This document shows, piece by piece, positions 1 through 14,700 of a stretch of 64,000 nucleotides of DNA. Under the pieces are notes generated by a model. That model made no database searches, was not told the origin of the DNA, and was given only the letters and a program-made list of their open reading frames with translations. Position 1 is the stretch's first letter. Every line of letters begins with the position of its first letter. The stretch spans positions 20,192,001-20,256,000 of the forward strand of contig CP068257.2 in NCBI GenBank assembly GCA_009914755.4, read 5' to 3'. The position numbers and the translations under genes are program-made. The DNA is from the human T2T-CHM13v2.0 reference genome, Homo sapiens.

Positions 1-157
1 ATTTTCTCATATTCCTGATAAGTCAATCTTATAACCACATGAATTTATTTAATATATGCCTTTTTATAATTTTTTCTTTTTATTAATGGGATTCCATGTT
101 TTATCCCTATGAGATATCTAAAAAATTTATAATAAAGTCATTTTAAGTTTCATTGTT

Positions 158-478
158 ATGATCTGAATGCTTGTCCTCCCCACCCCCGCAACCCATATTC
201 AGATGGTGAAATCCTAACCCACAGCTATCATGACTGGGAAACATCCCTTTATAAGATAGGCCCAAGGGAGCTCTTTCACCCATTCCACTATGTGAGGACA
301 CATATAGAAGGTATTGTTTTCATAAACCGAGAAAAGGGCCTTTGCCAAACACCAAATATGCTGGCACCTTGATCTTGGACTTCCCAGCCTCTAGCATTAT
401 GAAAATACATTTCTGTCATTTATAAACTACTTGTTTTACGATGTTTTACTATAGCAGCCTAAAAGGACTAAAAAATCC
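158..478 (+). mobile_element. MaLR LTR (THE1/MST-like solo LTR)
   Basis: Starts tgatctgaatgcttgtcctccccacccc and ends ccttgatcttggacttcccagcctc...gtcatttataaactac...atagcagcctaaaaggactaaaaaa. This matches the termini of the THE1/MST consensus (tgatatggtttggctgtgtcccc ... gccttgatcttggacttcccagcctccagaactgtgag...tagcagcctgaactaagacag). Confidence 0.6.
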
Positions 479-3400
479 TCTATTATTTTCAATTTACCTA
501 CTCTAAATTCATCTTTCAATTGATTTAGTTTGCTATCCTTATTAATAGCAATTTGAGTTTCCAGCTTTTGGTTTGCAAGTTAGTACCAAGTTGGGGGTTG
601 TTTATATTTTTATGTTTTTCTCTCTTTATCTTTGTGTACTCACCCCTTCCTATAATGTGGTTTTGTGCGTTATAAATTTCTTCTAACCAGAACCAGAAAG
701 TTCTAATTTAGTTGGTTCAGAATCCGTGTTCCATGGTGATATTGGTAAATAACATAAACAACATGATTAGCTGCATGGCTATATCTGCTTTATTCCACTT
801 CATAAGGTGTGAACTCTATAACCTCAGCCAAAACAGCCATCACAACTTTTTTTTTTTTTCAGTCTCCTTTCAAAGTAAGAAACCAGGCTCACGTCTTGAT
901 TTCAAAAAGTCAGGAATGTTCTCCATTTCAGGGAAACCTTTTAATAGCTATTATACCCAAAGATAACTCATTTTCTTCTTCCTCTGCTTGTTTTCTGACT
1001 GTGATACTAGCAGGCCTGCATATTTAAACCTGCTTATTGCTGTGTGTTTATATTCTTTTTGGTCCTAGAAGACATCTGTTGTAAGCTTAGATTCTTCTAA
1101 TATCATTATGCACTTAGAGTGGGGCAGAGGGTGGTGGATCTCAAATCATAACCCTTGATTCATTGTTTAATGACTGATATTTTTGTTCCCATTTATAATT
1201 ATTTGTATGTATACATATAGATATGAAGAAATGAATATGTTGTTTCACTGATGGAGAGAAAATAATTTAATAATTAAAATGGGTATTGCTTTGTTTTCTT
1301 TTATAGATAGGTGAAGCATTTACTCTTGGCAACTCTGCTACTTAATCCTGTGCATGTAGATGATATATGAGACATAGCTCTTATAATGAATAAGTTGTTA
1401 ATTACAGAGATGTACAGATTAAATTAGAGAGAATGTATTGCATTTGGCAATTTAATGACTATAATAAATATTTAAAGTAATGCACTACATATTTTAATTC
1501 TGCCAGAAATTTTTTTACAGTGCTGAAGCAATTATCTCTGGGTAAATCCAACTGGGCCACCTGGGTCATCACCTTGACATGCAGGGTGTTCTCTACAGTA
1601 TATTCTTAGAACATTTGCAAGTTGCAAATGATGTAAGCTGTAGTTCTTCATAAATGACTTCATAGCCAAAGTAAAGCTTCTTTCATTTAATAGTGCTCAC
1701 AGTGAGTCAAGTAATATTATAGAAGTATGCAGATTGTATTTTTGTCTTTCAGTGTAAGAAGGGATGAGTACACACAAATAAAGTTGCACAGATCAGCTAA
1801 ATAGTTATGACTATCAGCATGCAATCAGATTTGGAAGTATGTCATAAGATCAGTCTTAAGATCACCTTCTATATCTAGGGAAGAGAAAGGTTTATGTCTC
1901 CTCTCTGAAGGTTTGATAATTGATTCCACAAAATAAATTGACAGTGGTGAACTCAAAAGCATCTGAGACAGGTTTCAATCAATTTAGAAAATTTATTTTG
2001 CTGAGGTTAAGGACACACAGGTGACAAAGCCTCAAGAGGTCCTGAGGACATATGGCCCAAGGTGGTTGGGGTATAGCTTACTTTTATGCTTTTCAGGGAG
2101 GCATAATATGTCAATCAATACCTGTAAGATACTCATTGGTTTGATCCAGAGAGGTGGGACAACTCAAAGCGGGGGCATCTAGGTTACAGATAGATTTAGA
2201 AATGTTCTGAAAGGCAATTTATTCAGTTAAGTTATTTTCTAAAGATCTGGAATCAATAGAAAGGAATATCTGGGTAATGATGATAAAGGGTTCTGGAGAC
2301 CAAAGTTTTATCATGCAGAAGAAGCCTCCAGGTATTAGGCTTCAGAGAGCAGAGAATGTAAATATTTCTTACCAGGTTTAACTTATGTGGTGACGTCAGT
2401 GCTGGTTGGCTTTTCCTGAATTCCAAAAAGGAGGTGGGTGTGCTAAGGCATGTCTAAACCCCCTTCCCATCATGGCTTAAACTGGATTCAGGTTAACCTT
2501 GGAATGCCTTTGGCCAAGAGGAGGGTTCCATTCAGATGGTTGAAGGGCCTTAGAATTTTATGTTTGGTTTACACAGTAGACAGATTAACAGGAGAAAAAA
2601 AACATGCATGAGAGTTCCACAAAATGTGAGACTCAAAGAAATGTCAGCTGATTGAAGTTTATACAGCATCCTTAGCTATAGAAAGGAATGGGAGCCTGGA
2701 GCTTCTGTGGGTGTTGATGGTGACATGCAGGACAAACAAAGTTTGTCTGTTATGCAGATAGAAAGTCTCCCAGGTAATAAGTGGTCTCATGAGAGCCCAT
2801 CAGAAGAATAGATGATAGTCTGTGACAAAGTGTGTCTGTGTGTGGTATCTCCTCTGAGTTAATCTTCTCTGGTTAATGAGATTCTTGAGAAGGAAGCTCT
2901 TGAAAATTGAGTTCCCTTTTGAAAGATCAGTCTTTAGGTAGGTAAAGGAAGTTCAGAGAGAGTTCCTCTCCATGCTTTGGGAGACAAATAAAGGAGGGCA
3001 GGAAAAGGTCAGCAAGATCTTGGTTATCGTTTAGCTTAAAGCACTCAGCATGCCGAAGCACTATAGTTTGGGATGTCATTTTCCTGAGCCCCAATACAAT
3101 TTCTCACATCTGAAAAAGAAAAATGAAATTCTAAGCCCCTCAACTCCCTCCTGACTAAGGGGACTCCAGAGAAACTTTGCAAGCTGAGTTCCCTGCCATG
3201 GTAGGATGGGGCTTCGGACACTTCTCATTACATCCACTCCCTCGCTAACTGCCATTAAGCATTCTTCCCTAAGGGATAAACCAGAATCAGTCCTTTCAAA
3301 ACACTCCACCCTGATCATGTTAATTACTATCTTATCTTTCCAGGTATAGAACAAAGACGAGATTCATCATTCCTTCACCCCTCTCTGAGATGTCTGCTTT

Positions 3401-5517
3401 CTCTGTTCCCTTTTTCTTCCAACATTCAACTTATCTTGCAAAATGTAGATGTAATGAGCATTAACTAAAGTCTCAGAAGTATGTAACTATACACCTCACA
3501 TCCCTTTCTGAGGAAAAATGTATAAATTCCAAACCTCCTGGGATCCTTTTGGAAAAAAGCAGCCACCAATGTGTCTGTGACTCACATTTTTCCCAGATGG
3601 ACCATCAAACAGGCTCAATAAGCCTCCATTGATTGAGACACCAGCCTCAATTACCGTGACATCCTTCATAAAACATTTCCAATATGTGGTAATTCAATTT
3701 GAGCATCCACATTTTCAAATCAAATGATGCCACAGTAGGGGACAAACTGATCCATGGGGGTGAGGTGGGGATAATTATTAGAAAGCTTTTCCAAATTGTG
3801 ACTTCCGATTTTTCTCATCACAGCTATGCCAGACAGCATCCAAATCTTTATACAAAATGCCATGTTTTCAAATATGTACCACAAATTATTGCTGTTAAAT
3901 GTCTTTTCTCTGTATTTACTATCATCCATGCCCCCCAACAATTTCTTAAATACTATGGCTTTACTTGTCTTCATTATTCTGCGTATACTTCTAGAGAAGA
4001 GGTAATGTAGTACATCATCATTTTCTTAAATGTATTTCATCAAGAACTTAAGGTAATATTTCAGATGGAAATAATCAGCACAGAAAAAATTGTGCTTATT
4101 ATCCTCTTTGCCTTATGCACTGTAATTTATTAAACTCGACCATGACCTTTCCAAACCTTCCCTAATTCGGAACATTTAGGATTTTCATTACTTATTTTTT
4201 CTAGGTACCCAAGACTCAACTAGTTGATGCTGAGTTTGCAATCTTGGACGTGGCCAATATGAAGCTTTAGCTAGTCTGGGGTCTAGACTTAACTTTCTCC
4301 TCTTAAATATTCAGTCTATATTTTTTCATCTTCATTTGGCTTCCCATCATTTCTCAAAGATATTTGACATAACTTTAATTAACTCTTTTTGAAGTTTGTT
4401 CATTGCCCTGAGATGTAATTTGTCTGAGCCATGAGTCAAGCTCATTTAGTAAGCTAGTTGCTCTCTTACAATTTTTCTCAATACATTTGATTGATTGTGT
4501 TAATCAATTTTTCTTCTTACCAATTGGTTTCAATCTCATTTCCAAATTACAGAGAAAATAGAAGCAAAATAACAATTAAATACCTTATTTTCTTATGTTT
4601 CAGTTTGTTTTTTGACCAGATCTATGGTGTCTCTGTTCATTTTCTTCCTCCAGACACAGTCAAGTTAACCTGGTCCTCTCCTCTGCAGAAAAGGTGGGTC
4701 CCCGACAAAACCCCACCCTCAAGTCTGAAACCATGACCCAAAGTGAGAACTTACACCTCTGCTTTACTGTTCTACTGTTGCCTTTTTCCTAAACCATCCA
4801 TGACCCCTCCTCCCATCCTGTGCCTGTAAAAACTGGCAGAGAGGAAGGTAGCTGGACATTGAAGCCTACGGTTGGATGTCAGAGAGAAGCGGCTTGACTC
4901 TAGAAAGACAGCTTGGTGGCATAACTTCGGAGAAGAATCTGGTCAGAGATGGTCGGAATTCAGGGGAAGATGATCATCCTGCCCCATCCCCTTTTCAGCT
5001 CCCCTTCCCATTGAAAGCCACTTTTATCAGCCATAAAATCACCTGAATTTACCATCCTTCAATTCATGCAACCTAATTTCTCTTGGACTCCGGACAAGAG
5101 CTCGGGAGACCCAAGTATGGATACAAAAGGCAGAGGGCCCATTGAGCTGTTAACATTTAAGCAGTCCACGGATGGCAGAGCAAAAAAAGCACTGTAACAC
5201 TCCCTCTGGGGCTTCCGGGGTTGCAGGCACCTCCCCCAGATGCTACCGCGGGGCCTGCACGGAGTTTGCTCCTGCCGCCGCCCAAAAATGCTTGCCCTGA
5301 CTCCTGCAATGGCTCACCTGTGCAGCAGGTCCCAGTGAGTGGAGTTCGGCCCTGCTGGCGTTGAAACAGCTGGCTGCTTCCAGCGTTCATGCACTCCAGT
5401 TTCACGAGGAGTTGAAAACTGCAGTCTAGGTAAATGAGACATCCTTATTGAGAGTCCTGTGAAGGGGTCAGAGAAATATAATATCCTTTATCACATAGGC
5501 TATATATATTAGGTATA

Positions 5518-5518
<1 letters not shown>

Positions 5519-5569
<51 letters not shown>

Positions 5570-5585
5570 TATATATACATACACA
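5519..5585. repeat. compound microsatellite (TG)n(TA)n(CA)n
   Basis: A gtgtgtgtat run, then about 15 TA units, then acacacacacat. It accounts for the spurious ORF 5519-5767. Confidence 0.9.
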
Positions 5586-5956
5586 GTCATGTACTACATA
5601 ATGACATTTTGTCAGTGACATATTGCATATATGATGAGAGATATTATTATGGTGCTGCCCTATATACTGTCATGTTTATCTTTATAACATATTTTTACTG
5701 TACTTTTTCTATATTTAATATACAGATAAAATTGTGTTATAGTTGCCTACAGTATTCAGTACAGTAACAAGCTGAATAGGTTTGTAGCCTAAAAGCAAAA
5801 ACTATACCATATACCCTGGATGTGCAGTAGACTACACTATCTATACCTATACATATACTAGATTTGTATAAGTACACTCTGTGATGTTCAAACAATGACA
5901 AAATCACCTAAGGACACAATTTTCAGAACATATCCCTATTGTTAAGTGATACATGA

Positions 5957-5957
<1 letters not shown>

Positions 5958-5991
<34 letters not shown>

Positions 5992-6012
5992 TATGGAGAG
6001 AGAGAGAGAGAG
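5958..6012. repeat. compound microsatellite (CA)n(GA)n
   Basis: An acacacacacacacacacacacacaca run followed by gagagagagagagagag. Confidence 0.9.
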
Positions 6013-8229
6013 TTATCATGGAATTTATTTCTTATGAGAGAAAGAATTGGTTCACACTATTTTGGAGGCTGACCTCAAGGGTGAGTTGATAAGCTGAGGT
6101 CCCAGGAAAGCCAATGATTTAATGTTCAACCTGAAGGCCAGCAGCCTCAAAATCTAAGATCCAATGTTTCAGTGGGATTTGTGGTGGGAAAAACACTGAT
6201 GTTCCAATTTGAAGGCAGTCAGGCAGAATAAATTCCTTCTTGTTTAAGGGAGGGTCATCCTTTTGGTTTCATTCAGACCTTCAGCAGATTGAATGAGGCC
6301 CACCCACATCAGAGAGAGCAAGTGAGCTGCTTTACTCAGTCTACTGACTTAAATGTTAATGTCACCCAAAAACACTTCCACAGCAATACCCAGAATATGT
6401 ATCACCAAATACCTGGGCACATATTGGCCAAGTCAAGTTGCTCTATAAAATTAACATTACAGTCCCCTAAGACTAACTTTATAGATTTTTGAAATTTGTA
6501 TTTTCTTTTGGTTATTAACTATTTTTTAACCCTTAAATGTGTTAATTACGGACCTTTATGTTAGACATATTAATATCATTAAATCATTTCACATCTTCAC
6601 TCTCATCCAACTCATTTAAAATTATATTTACAGAGTTTAGTTTTTAAAGATCTTTAAGATATTTTAATGATACATTTAAAATTCAGACATTGTTTTTATA
6701 ACTTCATTTTTTTCTAGTTAAAATCTAGGATACTTGTTCAAATCATTCTAAAATTTTGGTCCCCATAAGTCACTAATTTCAGGTTATAGTGATCTCATTT
6801 TCATTGGATTTTTACCAGATAATTAACTTTTGTTATTAAAAATTGGTCTAGTGTAATAGTAGCCCTTGTTTTTTCAATATTATGGAAAATACAAAAAGCA
6901 TCAGAAATATACTAATTATTCAGACCACTCTAGCAGTTTGTGTTTTTCCACTGTTATTTCCTATTCCTGTTCTAATTTGGTGAGCTTCATTAAAAACACA
7001 TTACTCATTTCAGTTCATTTTACCCATTTACAGGTGTTTGCCCATTATGTTATGATCTTGCTCCTAATTCTAGTCTCCCCCTCCCTCTCTCTCTCTCTCT
7101 CTTGTTAACCAACGTCTCTCTTTTTCCCTCCTAAATCAAAAATATCCATGGGGACAAAATTTCTTTCTGTTTTTGGAGGGGACAAATCTACATCCAAAAG
7201 AAGGAGCACCCTTGTTATTTCTGTCCTGGCAATTTTATTCTGCTGCGCATATACCATCTGTTCAGTATCCGGTATTTCATATAGCACACTTTTAATTCGC
7301 TTGTAAGTTTTTGTTTGTTTCTTTTGGCTGTCTTAGCTTATAGCCATGATTTCACTCTAAAAATGTTGATTGGCAGGTACTATTTCTTTTTCACCAGTGT
7401 GTTCCTGGTTCCAAGAAAAGTGCAGGAACATATAGTGGAATCTCAGTATAAACTTGTTGAAAGAATGGATGATGCTTCCATCATGTTTTGGCTGTGACTA
7501 TAGGATTAGATTTGTCTCTGGAATTTTCATTTTAGCATATGTGTTGACTATACTTCATGCATTTATTAGAGATAACATATGGTGACCTGGATCATAATCC
7601 CCTTTTTATATTAATAAAATCCAGATTTATAACAAAGTAGTGGAGGGAAAGAGGCTATAATAAAGAGATAGGAGACAGAGATAACTCATTTCTCCAATAC
7701 AAGCAAGTCATCTGTGGGAAGAGGAGTGGGATGTTCCTAGTTTATAGTCCTTTAGTGATAAGGCATGCAGTCAGCCCTCTGTATCGCCACATTCGGCACA
7801 GTGGATTTAGCCAATGACAGATGGAAAATATTTTTTAATCTCGATAAAAAATAATACAACAATTAAAAATATTAAAAATAAAAGCAATACCATACAACAA
7901 CTATTCACATAACTTTTACAATGTGTTAAGTGTTATAAGTAATCTAGAGATGATTTAAAGAATATAGGAGGATGTGCATAGTTATATGGAAGTACTGTGC
8001 CATTTTATGTCAGGCACTGGAGCATCTTTAGATTTGGGTATCCCAAAGTTTCCTGGAACCAGTCCCCCATGGATATATAGGGAACACTGTACAAAAAAAT
8101 GGTTCCAGGTTTCTTCCCGCTTTGAAATGTAAACATGTCTGTCCAGAGATAACTCTGTATTTCTCTGGAGGTTTTTATCTATTCAATTATCCCTTAACTT
8201 CCAAGATTTTTCTTTTAGTGCAGGTTTTT

Positions 8230-8560
8230 GTGCAAAGTTGCTTTGGCCACTCCAGGTCTTTCAGATTTTCAAATACTTGTTTAGAATTAGCTTGAGAACT
8301 TAAATAGCAACAAAGCCTTGATGGGTTTAGAGATTGCATTGAATTTATCAGCCAATCTAGTTGGGGGGTGGGGGTGGGGATTGAATGTTAACAATATTGA
8401 GACTTCTTGATCTATGACCAAGGTATCTCTTTCCATTTCTTTGGGCCTCCTTTAATTTCATTCAGTAACGTTTTGTAGTTTTCACTGGACAGGTAATGCA
8501 CATGTTCAGTCAAATTTATCCCTAAACATTTAACATTTTGAAGCTATAATAAATAAATTT
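8230..8560 (-). mobile_element. L1 fragment (antisense, ORF2 mid-region), part of an older fragmented L1
   Basis: The plus strand reads gattgcattgaatttatcagcc...attgagacttcttgatctatgaccaaggtatctctttccatttctttgggcctcctttaatttcattcagtaacgttttgtagttttcactggacagg. This parallels antisense L1 (gattgcattgaatctataaattacc...attgattcttcctatccatgagcatggaatgttcttccatttgtttgtgtcctcttttatttcattgagcagtggtttgtagttctccttgaagagg). Confidence 0.5.
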
Positions 8561-8960
8561 TAAATAAAATAATTCTGATTATTCATTGCTAATATTTAGA
8601 AATACAATGGATTATTGTATATTGGTCTTGTGTTCTGTAAACTTTCTAAAATCACTGGTTAGTTCTAATAGCATTGCTTTTTATTTCCTTTTAAAGATTT
8701 TATCAAGTTCCATCAGATTTTCTTTATAGACAATTATGCTTTCCACAAATAAGACAGTAAGACAATTTTCCTTTTTGCATAAATCTAGATGCCATTTATT
8801 TCTTTTCCTTGCTTTTGTTCATTGGCTAAAATATCCAGTACATGTTGAAATGAATATCCCTCTATTGTTCCTGATCTTAGTTGGACATCATTTAGCATCA
8901 ATTTCACCATTAATTATTAATGTTGGATGTATATTTTGCATACATTCATGTATTAATTGC

Positions 8961-9400
8961 TTGTTACTCCTGTAACAAACTACCACACACTTATTCACTT
9001 AAAACAGTACAAATGTATTATCTTATAGTTGTGAAGATCAAAAGTCCTAAATGACTCTCATTGCGTTAAAAAACAAGGAGTCATCAGGACCCAAAGCTCC
9101 CATGCCCTCCTGAGGCACATCCCCCTCCAGGAACTGAACAAAGGATGTGTTCTGCTATCCAGCAACTCTCCAAACCCAGTCCTTTTTGTTTTCTAGGGAG
9201 GTCTCATTACAAGCATGATTGATTAAATCATTGACCATTGGTGATCAACTCGATCTTCAGTGCCAATCTTCTCCCCAGAGTTTTAGTGTGGGGCTGAAAG
9301 TTCTAACCCTCTAATAATGCCTCATTCTTTCTGGTGACCACCTCTCATCCTGAATCTGTCTAAGGGCCCCCAGCCACCAATAAACTCAGTAGCATACAAA
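8961..9400 (+). mobile_element. MaLR LTR (MLT1-like)
   Basis: The 5' end ttgttactcctgtaacaaactaccacacacttattcacttaaaacagtacaaatgtattatcttatagttgtgaagatcaaaagtcctaaatgactctcattg matches the MaLR/MLT1 start (tgctgtaacaaattaccacaaacttagtggcttaaaacaacacaaatttattatcttacagttctggaggtcagaagtccaaaatgggtctcactg). The 3' boundary is approximate. Confidence 0.5.
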
Positions 9401-9439
9401 AAGAGAAACAGGGACTGAGATCAAATATATATTTCACAA

Positions 9440-9900
9440 AATAACAGTTAATGTTAACATGGTTAATTATATTTTATTATTTTGAATGTAAAACAACTTT
9501 GTGTTTCCAAGATAATAATTATGGTGAAATATTCTTTTTATATATTTTTGGATTCTATTTGCTAAACGTTAAAGTTTTTTTGCATCTATATTCATATAAC
9601 ATACTGAACTATAACTTGCGTTTCTCACAATATGTTAGAATAATGTGGTTCTCATAGAATGAGTTTCGTTCTCTTCAATTTTCTGAGTTTCTGTAGAATT
9701 GCCATTATTTCTTCTTTAAATATTTGCTATCATTCTCTTGTGAAAAATTTAGTAATAAAGAGGATTCTTTGTGAGAAAGTTTTTAACTAAAATTTTACTG
9801 TTTTCAATAGATATGAGATATCTAGGCCACCTATTTCTACCTGAATAAAATTTGGTCTTGTCATTCAAGGAAATTGAAATATTGAACTTAATAAATTTAT
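9440..9900 (-). mobile_element. L1 fragment (antisense ORF2 RT region), older family
   Basis: gagtttcgttctcttcaattttctgagtttctgtagaattgccattatttcttctttaaatatttgc parallels antisense L1 (gagttagggagtattccctcctcttcaattttttggaagagtttgagaaggattggtgttaattcttctttaaatgtttgg). Confidence 0.45.
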
Positions 9901-10349
9901 TGAGTAAAGTTCTTCCTAAAGTCAACTAAAATACATTTTTCTAAAGGAGAATAATGTTTATTGGGAAACAGGGTATTTCAATATGAATACACACGCCGTA
10001 TTAAATTATGTGTGGATTTAGAGAGGTAAAGGACAAAGCTTTTAAAGGAAACATGAAGATTACATAATTGTATGGACATAATTATCCTTGGCTGCAAAGA
10101 TCAATAAGATCAATAACAAACGTGATGTCAGTTCTAGGATGAACAGGCAATTGCTGGGCAGATGTCTTTGGAGAAGTATTTTTTGTGTAAGTTTGTGATG
10201 GCCTTTGTGCAAGTCTGCAGTTTTCGCAGTCTTTTTTGATATTTTTTGTTATTAGGCACACAGCATGAGAACTTTAATATGCTTCCCAGGTTCTATTTGT
10301 CAGGGTTTCTTTCCCTTCCTTCCTCTCTGTCTTCGTTTTTCTTTCTTTC

Positions 10350-10560
10350 ATTTTTTTAATTTTTTTTATTTTCATAGGTTATTGGTGAACAGGTGGTGTT
10401 TGATTACATGAGTAAGTTCTTATTGGTGATTTGTGAGATTTTGGTGAACCCATAACCTGAGCAGTACACACTGCACTCAGTTTGTAGTCTTTTATCCCTC
10501 ACCCACTTTCCACCCTTGCATTTTGATTCTGACAATTTTCACATTATTCTCTAATTGTAT
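10350..10560 (-). mobile_element. short L1 3' end (antisense 3'UTR with poly-T)
   Basis: A poly-T run (tttttttaattttttttatttt) is followed by ggttattggtgaacaggtggtgtttgattacatgagtaagttcttattggtgatttgtgagattttggtgaacccataacctgagcagtacacactgcactcagtttgtagtcttttatccctcaccc. That sequence is the reverse complement of an L1 3' terminus. Confidence 0.55.
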
Positions 10561-11945
10561 AATCACCTAGAGTTTTTTTTTAACTTTCTGATTTTTTAAA
10601 TGGATTATTTGTGACTCTTCTCTTTTTTATTGATAAATCTGGCTAGAGATTTATCAATTTTATTGATTTTCTCAAAGGACCAGTTTTGTTTTTGTAGATG
10701 TTTTCACATTGGTGTTGTGATTTTTACTTCATTAATATCTATTCTGATTATTAATTTTTCTTCTTATTGCTTTAGTTTGAGTTTTATTTATAGTTCTTGT
10801 TTTATTGTTTTGGAGTCGATGACAAGGGCATTGATTTTAGATTTTTCTTCTTTAATGTCATGACTTTCTCCCTTAGTATTGCTTTAGCAACATCACACGA
10901 CTTCTGATATGTTGTTCTTTTGTTTCCATTCTGTTCAAAATACTTTCTAATTTCACTATTATTTGGCACATGTATTATTTAGAAGTGTGTTCTTTCTTTC
11001 CATATGATGGAGACATTTTTGTAGATCTGTCTGTTAATTTGCTTCTAACTTAGTTCCTAGGTTACTTCCAGGGATTACAATCCTCTTTAATTACTCGAGA
11101 CTTGATTTATGGTCCAACTTGGTAAATATTTCATGCATACATATGAAGAATATGTGTTTTGCTGTTGTTGATTGGAGTGTTTATAATTGTTAATTAGGTT
11201 AAGTTGATTGGTAGTGTTGTGTAAATATTCTATGTCCTCATTCATTCTTACTCTATTTGTTCTCTCAATTGTCAGAAGAGGAGAATTAAAATTTCTAACT
11301 ACAATTGTGAATTTTCTTGTATATTAGTTTTAGTTTCATGTAATTTAAAGCTATGTCTTCCTGATAACCTGACAGTATTAACATTATAAATTAATCTTTA
11401 TACTCAGTAATATTCTTTGCTCTGAATCACATTTTTTATATTAGTATAGTCACTTCATCTTAATTTTGACAAGCATTTGTATGATTTATCTTCTTAACCT
11501 CTTTTACTTTTAATCTATTTGTGGTTTAAGCTAATAGTTCTTAAAGTTTTTTTTCTTGCAAGCAGCATATGATTAGAGCTTGCTTTTAAATGCAATCTGA
11601 AAATCCCTGCCTTTTAATTGAAGTATTTAGGCCATTAAATGTGATGTGTTAGTGGTATAGTCAGACTTATGTTTTTCATTATGCTATTTATACTCTATTT
11701 GCTTTATCTTTTCTCTCTCATTTTCCCTCTTTCTGCCATATTTTAGATTCATTATTACTTTTACTATAAATCAATTTGTTTCTCTTCTATAATTTATTTA
11801 GTTATATCTCTTTATTTTGTTATTTTAATGGTTACTTTAACTTGTCACAGTCCAGATGAAAGAGATATTATACCACTCTACACAGTTCACAAGATCATAG
11901 AATAATATACAGTGAGTCCTCACCTAATGTCATCAATATATTCTT
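10560..11945 (-). mobile_element. older L1 fragment (antisense, ORF2 endonuclease/5' region into inter-ORF/ORF1)
   Basis: ctggctagagatttatcaattttattgattttctcaaaggaccag... and gctttagcaacatcacacgacttctgatatgttgttcttttgtttccattctgttcaaaatactttctaatttc... parallel antisense L1 ORF2 5' sequence (tcttgctagcggtctatcaattttgttgatcctttcaaaaaaccagc... and gctttgaatgtgtcccagagattctggtatgttgtgtctttgttctcgttggtttcaaagaac). Confidence 0.55.
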
Positions 11946-13628
<1,683 letters not shown>

Positions 13629-13633
<5 letters not shown>

Positions 13634-13642
13634 ACTGACTTC
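13629..13642. repeat. target-site duplication (downstream copy)
   Basis: aaaaactgacttca is identical to 11946-11959. Confidence 0.75.
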
Positions 13643-13864
13643 ATATGAAACAACATGCAGAAAATGCTTGAATAATGTCATTTAATTCAGTATAGTTTCA
13701 TTACAATATTGATGAGGATAAAAGTTGGTTTCCTTATATATAGTTTATGTTAAAGACACACTCACTTTTCAAGAACATATCAATGAGATTAGGTGAGGAT
13801 TTACTGTACTTTCCTTTCTTCCTTCTAGGTCTTTATGAAAATGTTGTTATACATTTGACATATA

Positions 13865-14299
13865 CAGTTGATCCTTGAAAAACACAGAGATTAGGAGTGT
13901 CAATCCCCATGCAGTTAAAAATCTCCTTATAACTTTTGATTTTCTAAAAACTTAACTACTAATACCCTACTGTTGACAGGAAGCCTGACCAATAACATAG
14001 TCAATTACCACATATTGTGTATGTTATATGTTATATGTTACTGTAGTCTTACAATAAAGTAAACTAGAGAAAGAAAAGCATTATGAAGAAAATTAGAAGA
14101 AAAAGAGAATGCATTTACTATTCATTAAGTGGAAGTGGATCATCATAAAGATCTTCATTCTTTTTGTCTTCAATTTGAAGGCTAAAGAGGAGGAAAAAGA
14201 GGAGTTGTTCTTACTGTTTCAGGGGTGGAAGAGCCAGAAGAAAACCTGTGTATAAGTAGATCTACGTAGTTTAAACCTGTGTTGCTCAAGGATCAACTA
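13865..14299. mobile_element. non-autonomous Tc1/mariner (Tigger-family, MER2-like) DNA transposon with terminal inverted repeats
   Basis: The left end is cagttgatccttgaaaaacacagagattagg. The reverse complement of the right end is cagttgatccttgagcaacacaggtttaaactacgtagatctacttatacacagg, so the two ends form roughly 21-30 bp inverted repeats. The interior matches my recollection of the MER2/Tigger consensus (cagttgacccttgaacaacacaggtttgaactgc...ccacccctgagacag...gatgatccacttccacttaatgaatagtaaat...ctttattgtaag). A TA dinucleotide precedes the left end. Confidence 0.6.
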
Positions 14300-14303
14300 C
14301 TGG

Positions 14304-14380
14304 ATGTGTGAATGTGTATGTGTATGTGTATGTGTGTGTATTATATGTGTGTGTGTGAGAGAGAGATATATATATGTATT
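14304..14380. repeat. imperfect (TG)n/(TATG)n/(GA)n/(TA)n low-complexity
   Basis: gtgtgaatgtgtatgtgtatgtgtatgtgtgtgta...gtgtgtgtgtgagagagagatatatatat. Confidence 0.8.
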
Positions 14381-14399
14381 TGACATATATGTGCTATAA

Positions 14400-14700
14400 A
14401 CTCCACAATATTTTAAGCTGTCAATTACCTTTTAAAGAGATTTAAGGCATGCAACTCATATATTTATCCCTGTAGTTATAATTTCTGGTGCTTTTTATTC
14501 CTTAAGGGTTATCTCATATTTTCATCTGGTATCATATTTCTTCTGCTTGACACTTACACTTGTTTTAACATTTCTTGTAGTGTGTGTTTGTTAATACTGA
14601 ATTATTCCAGCATTTGTATATGAAAAAATATATTTACCTCTTTTTCATTTTTAACAAAATTTTATTTTGAAACACTCATGTATTCCCAGAGAGTGAATAT
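14400..14700 (-). mobile_element. older L1 fragment (antisense ORF1 region)
   Basis: tttcatctggtatcatatttcttctgcttgacacttacacttgttttaacatttcttgtagtgtgtgtttgttaatactgaattattccagcatttgtatatgaaaaa parallels the antisense L1 ORF1 3' end (ttccatctggtatcatttttcttctgcctgaagaacttcctttaacatttcttgtagtgcaggtctgctggtgatgaattctttcagcttttgtatgtctgaaaaag). Confidence 0.5.
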
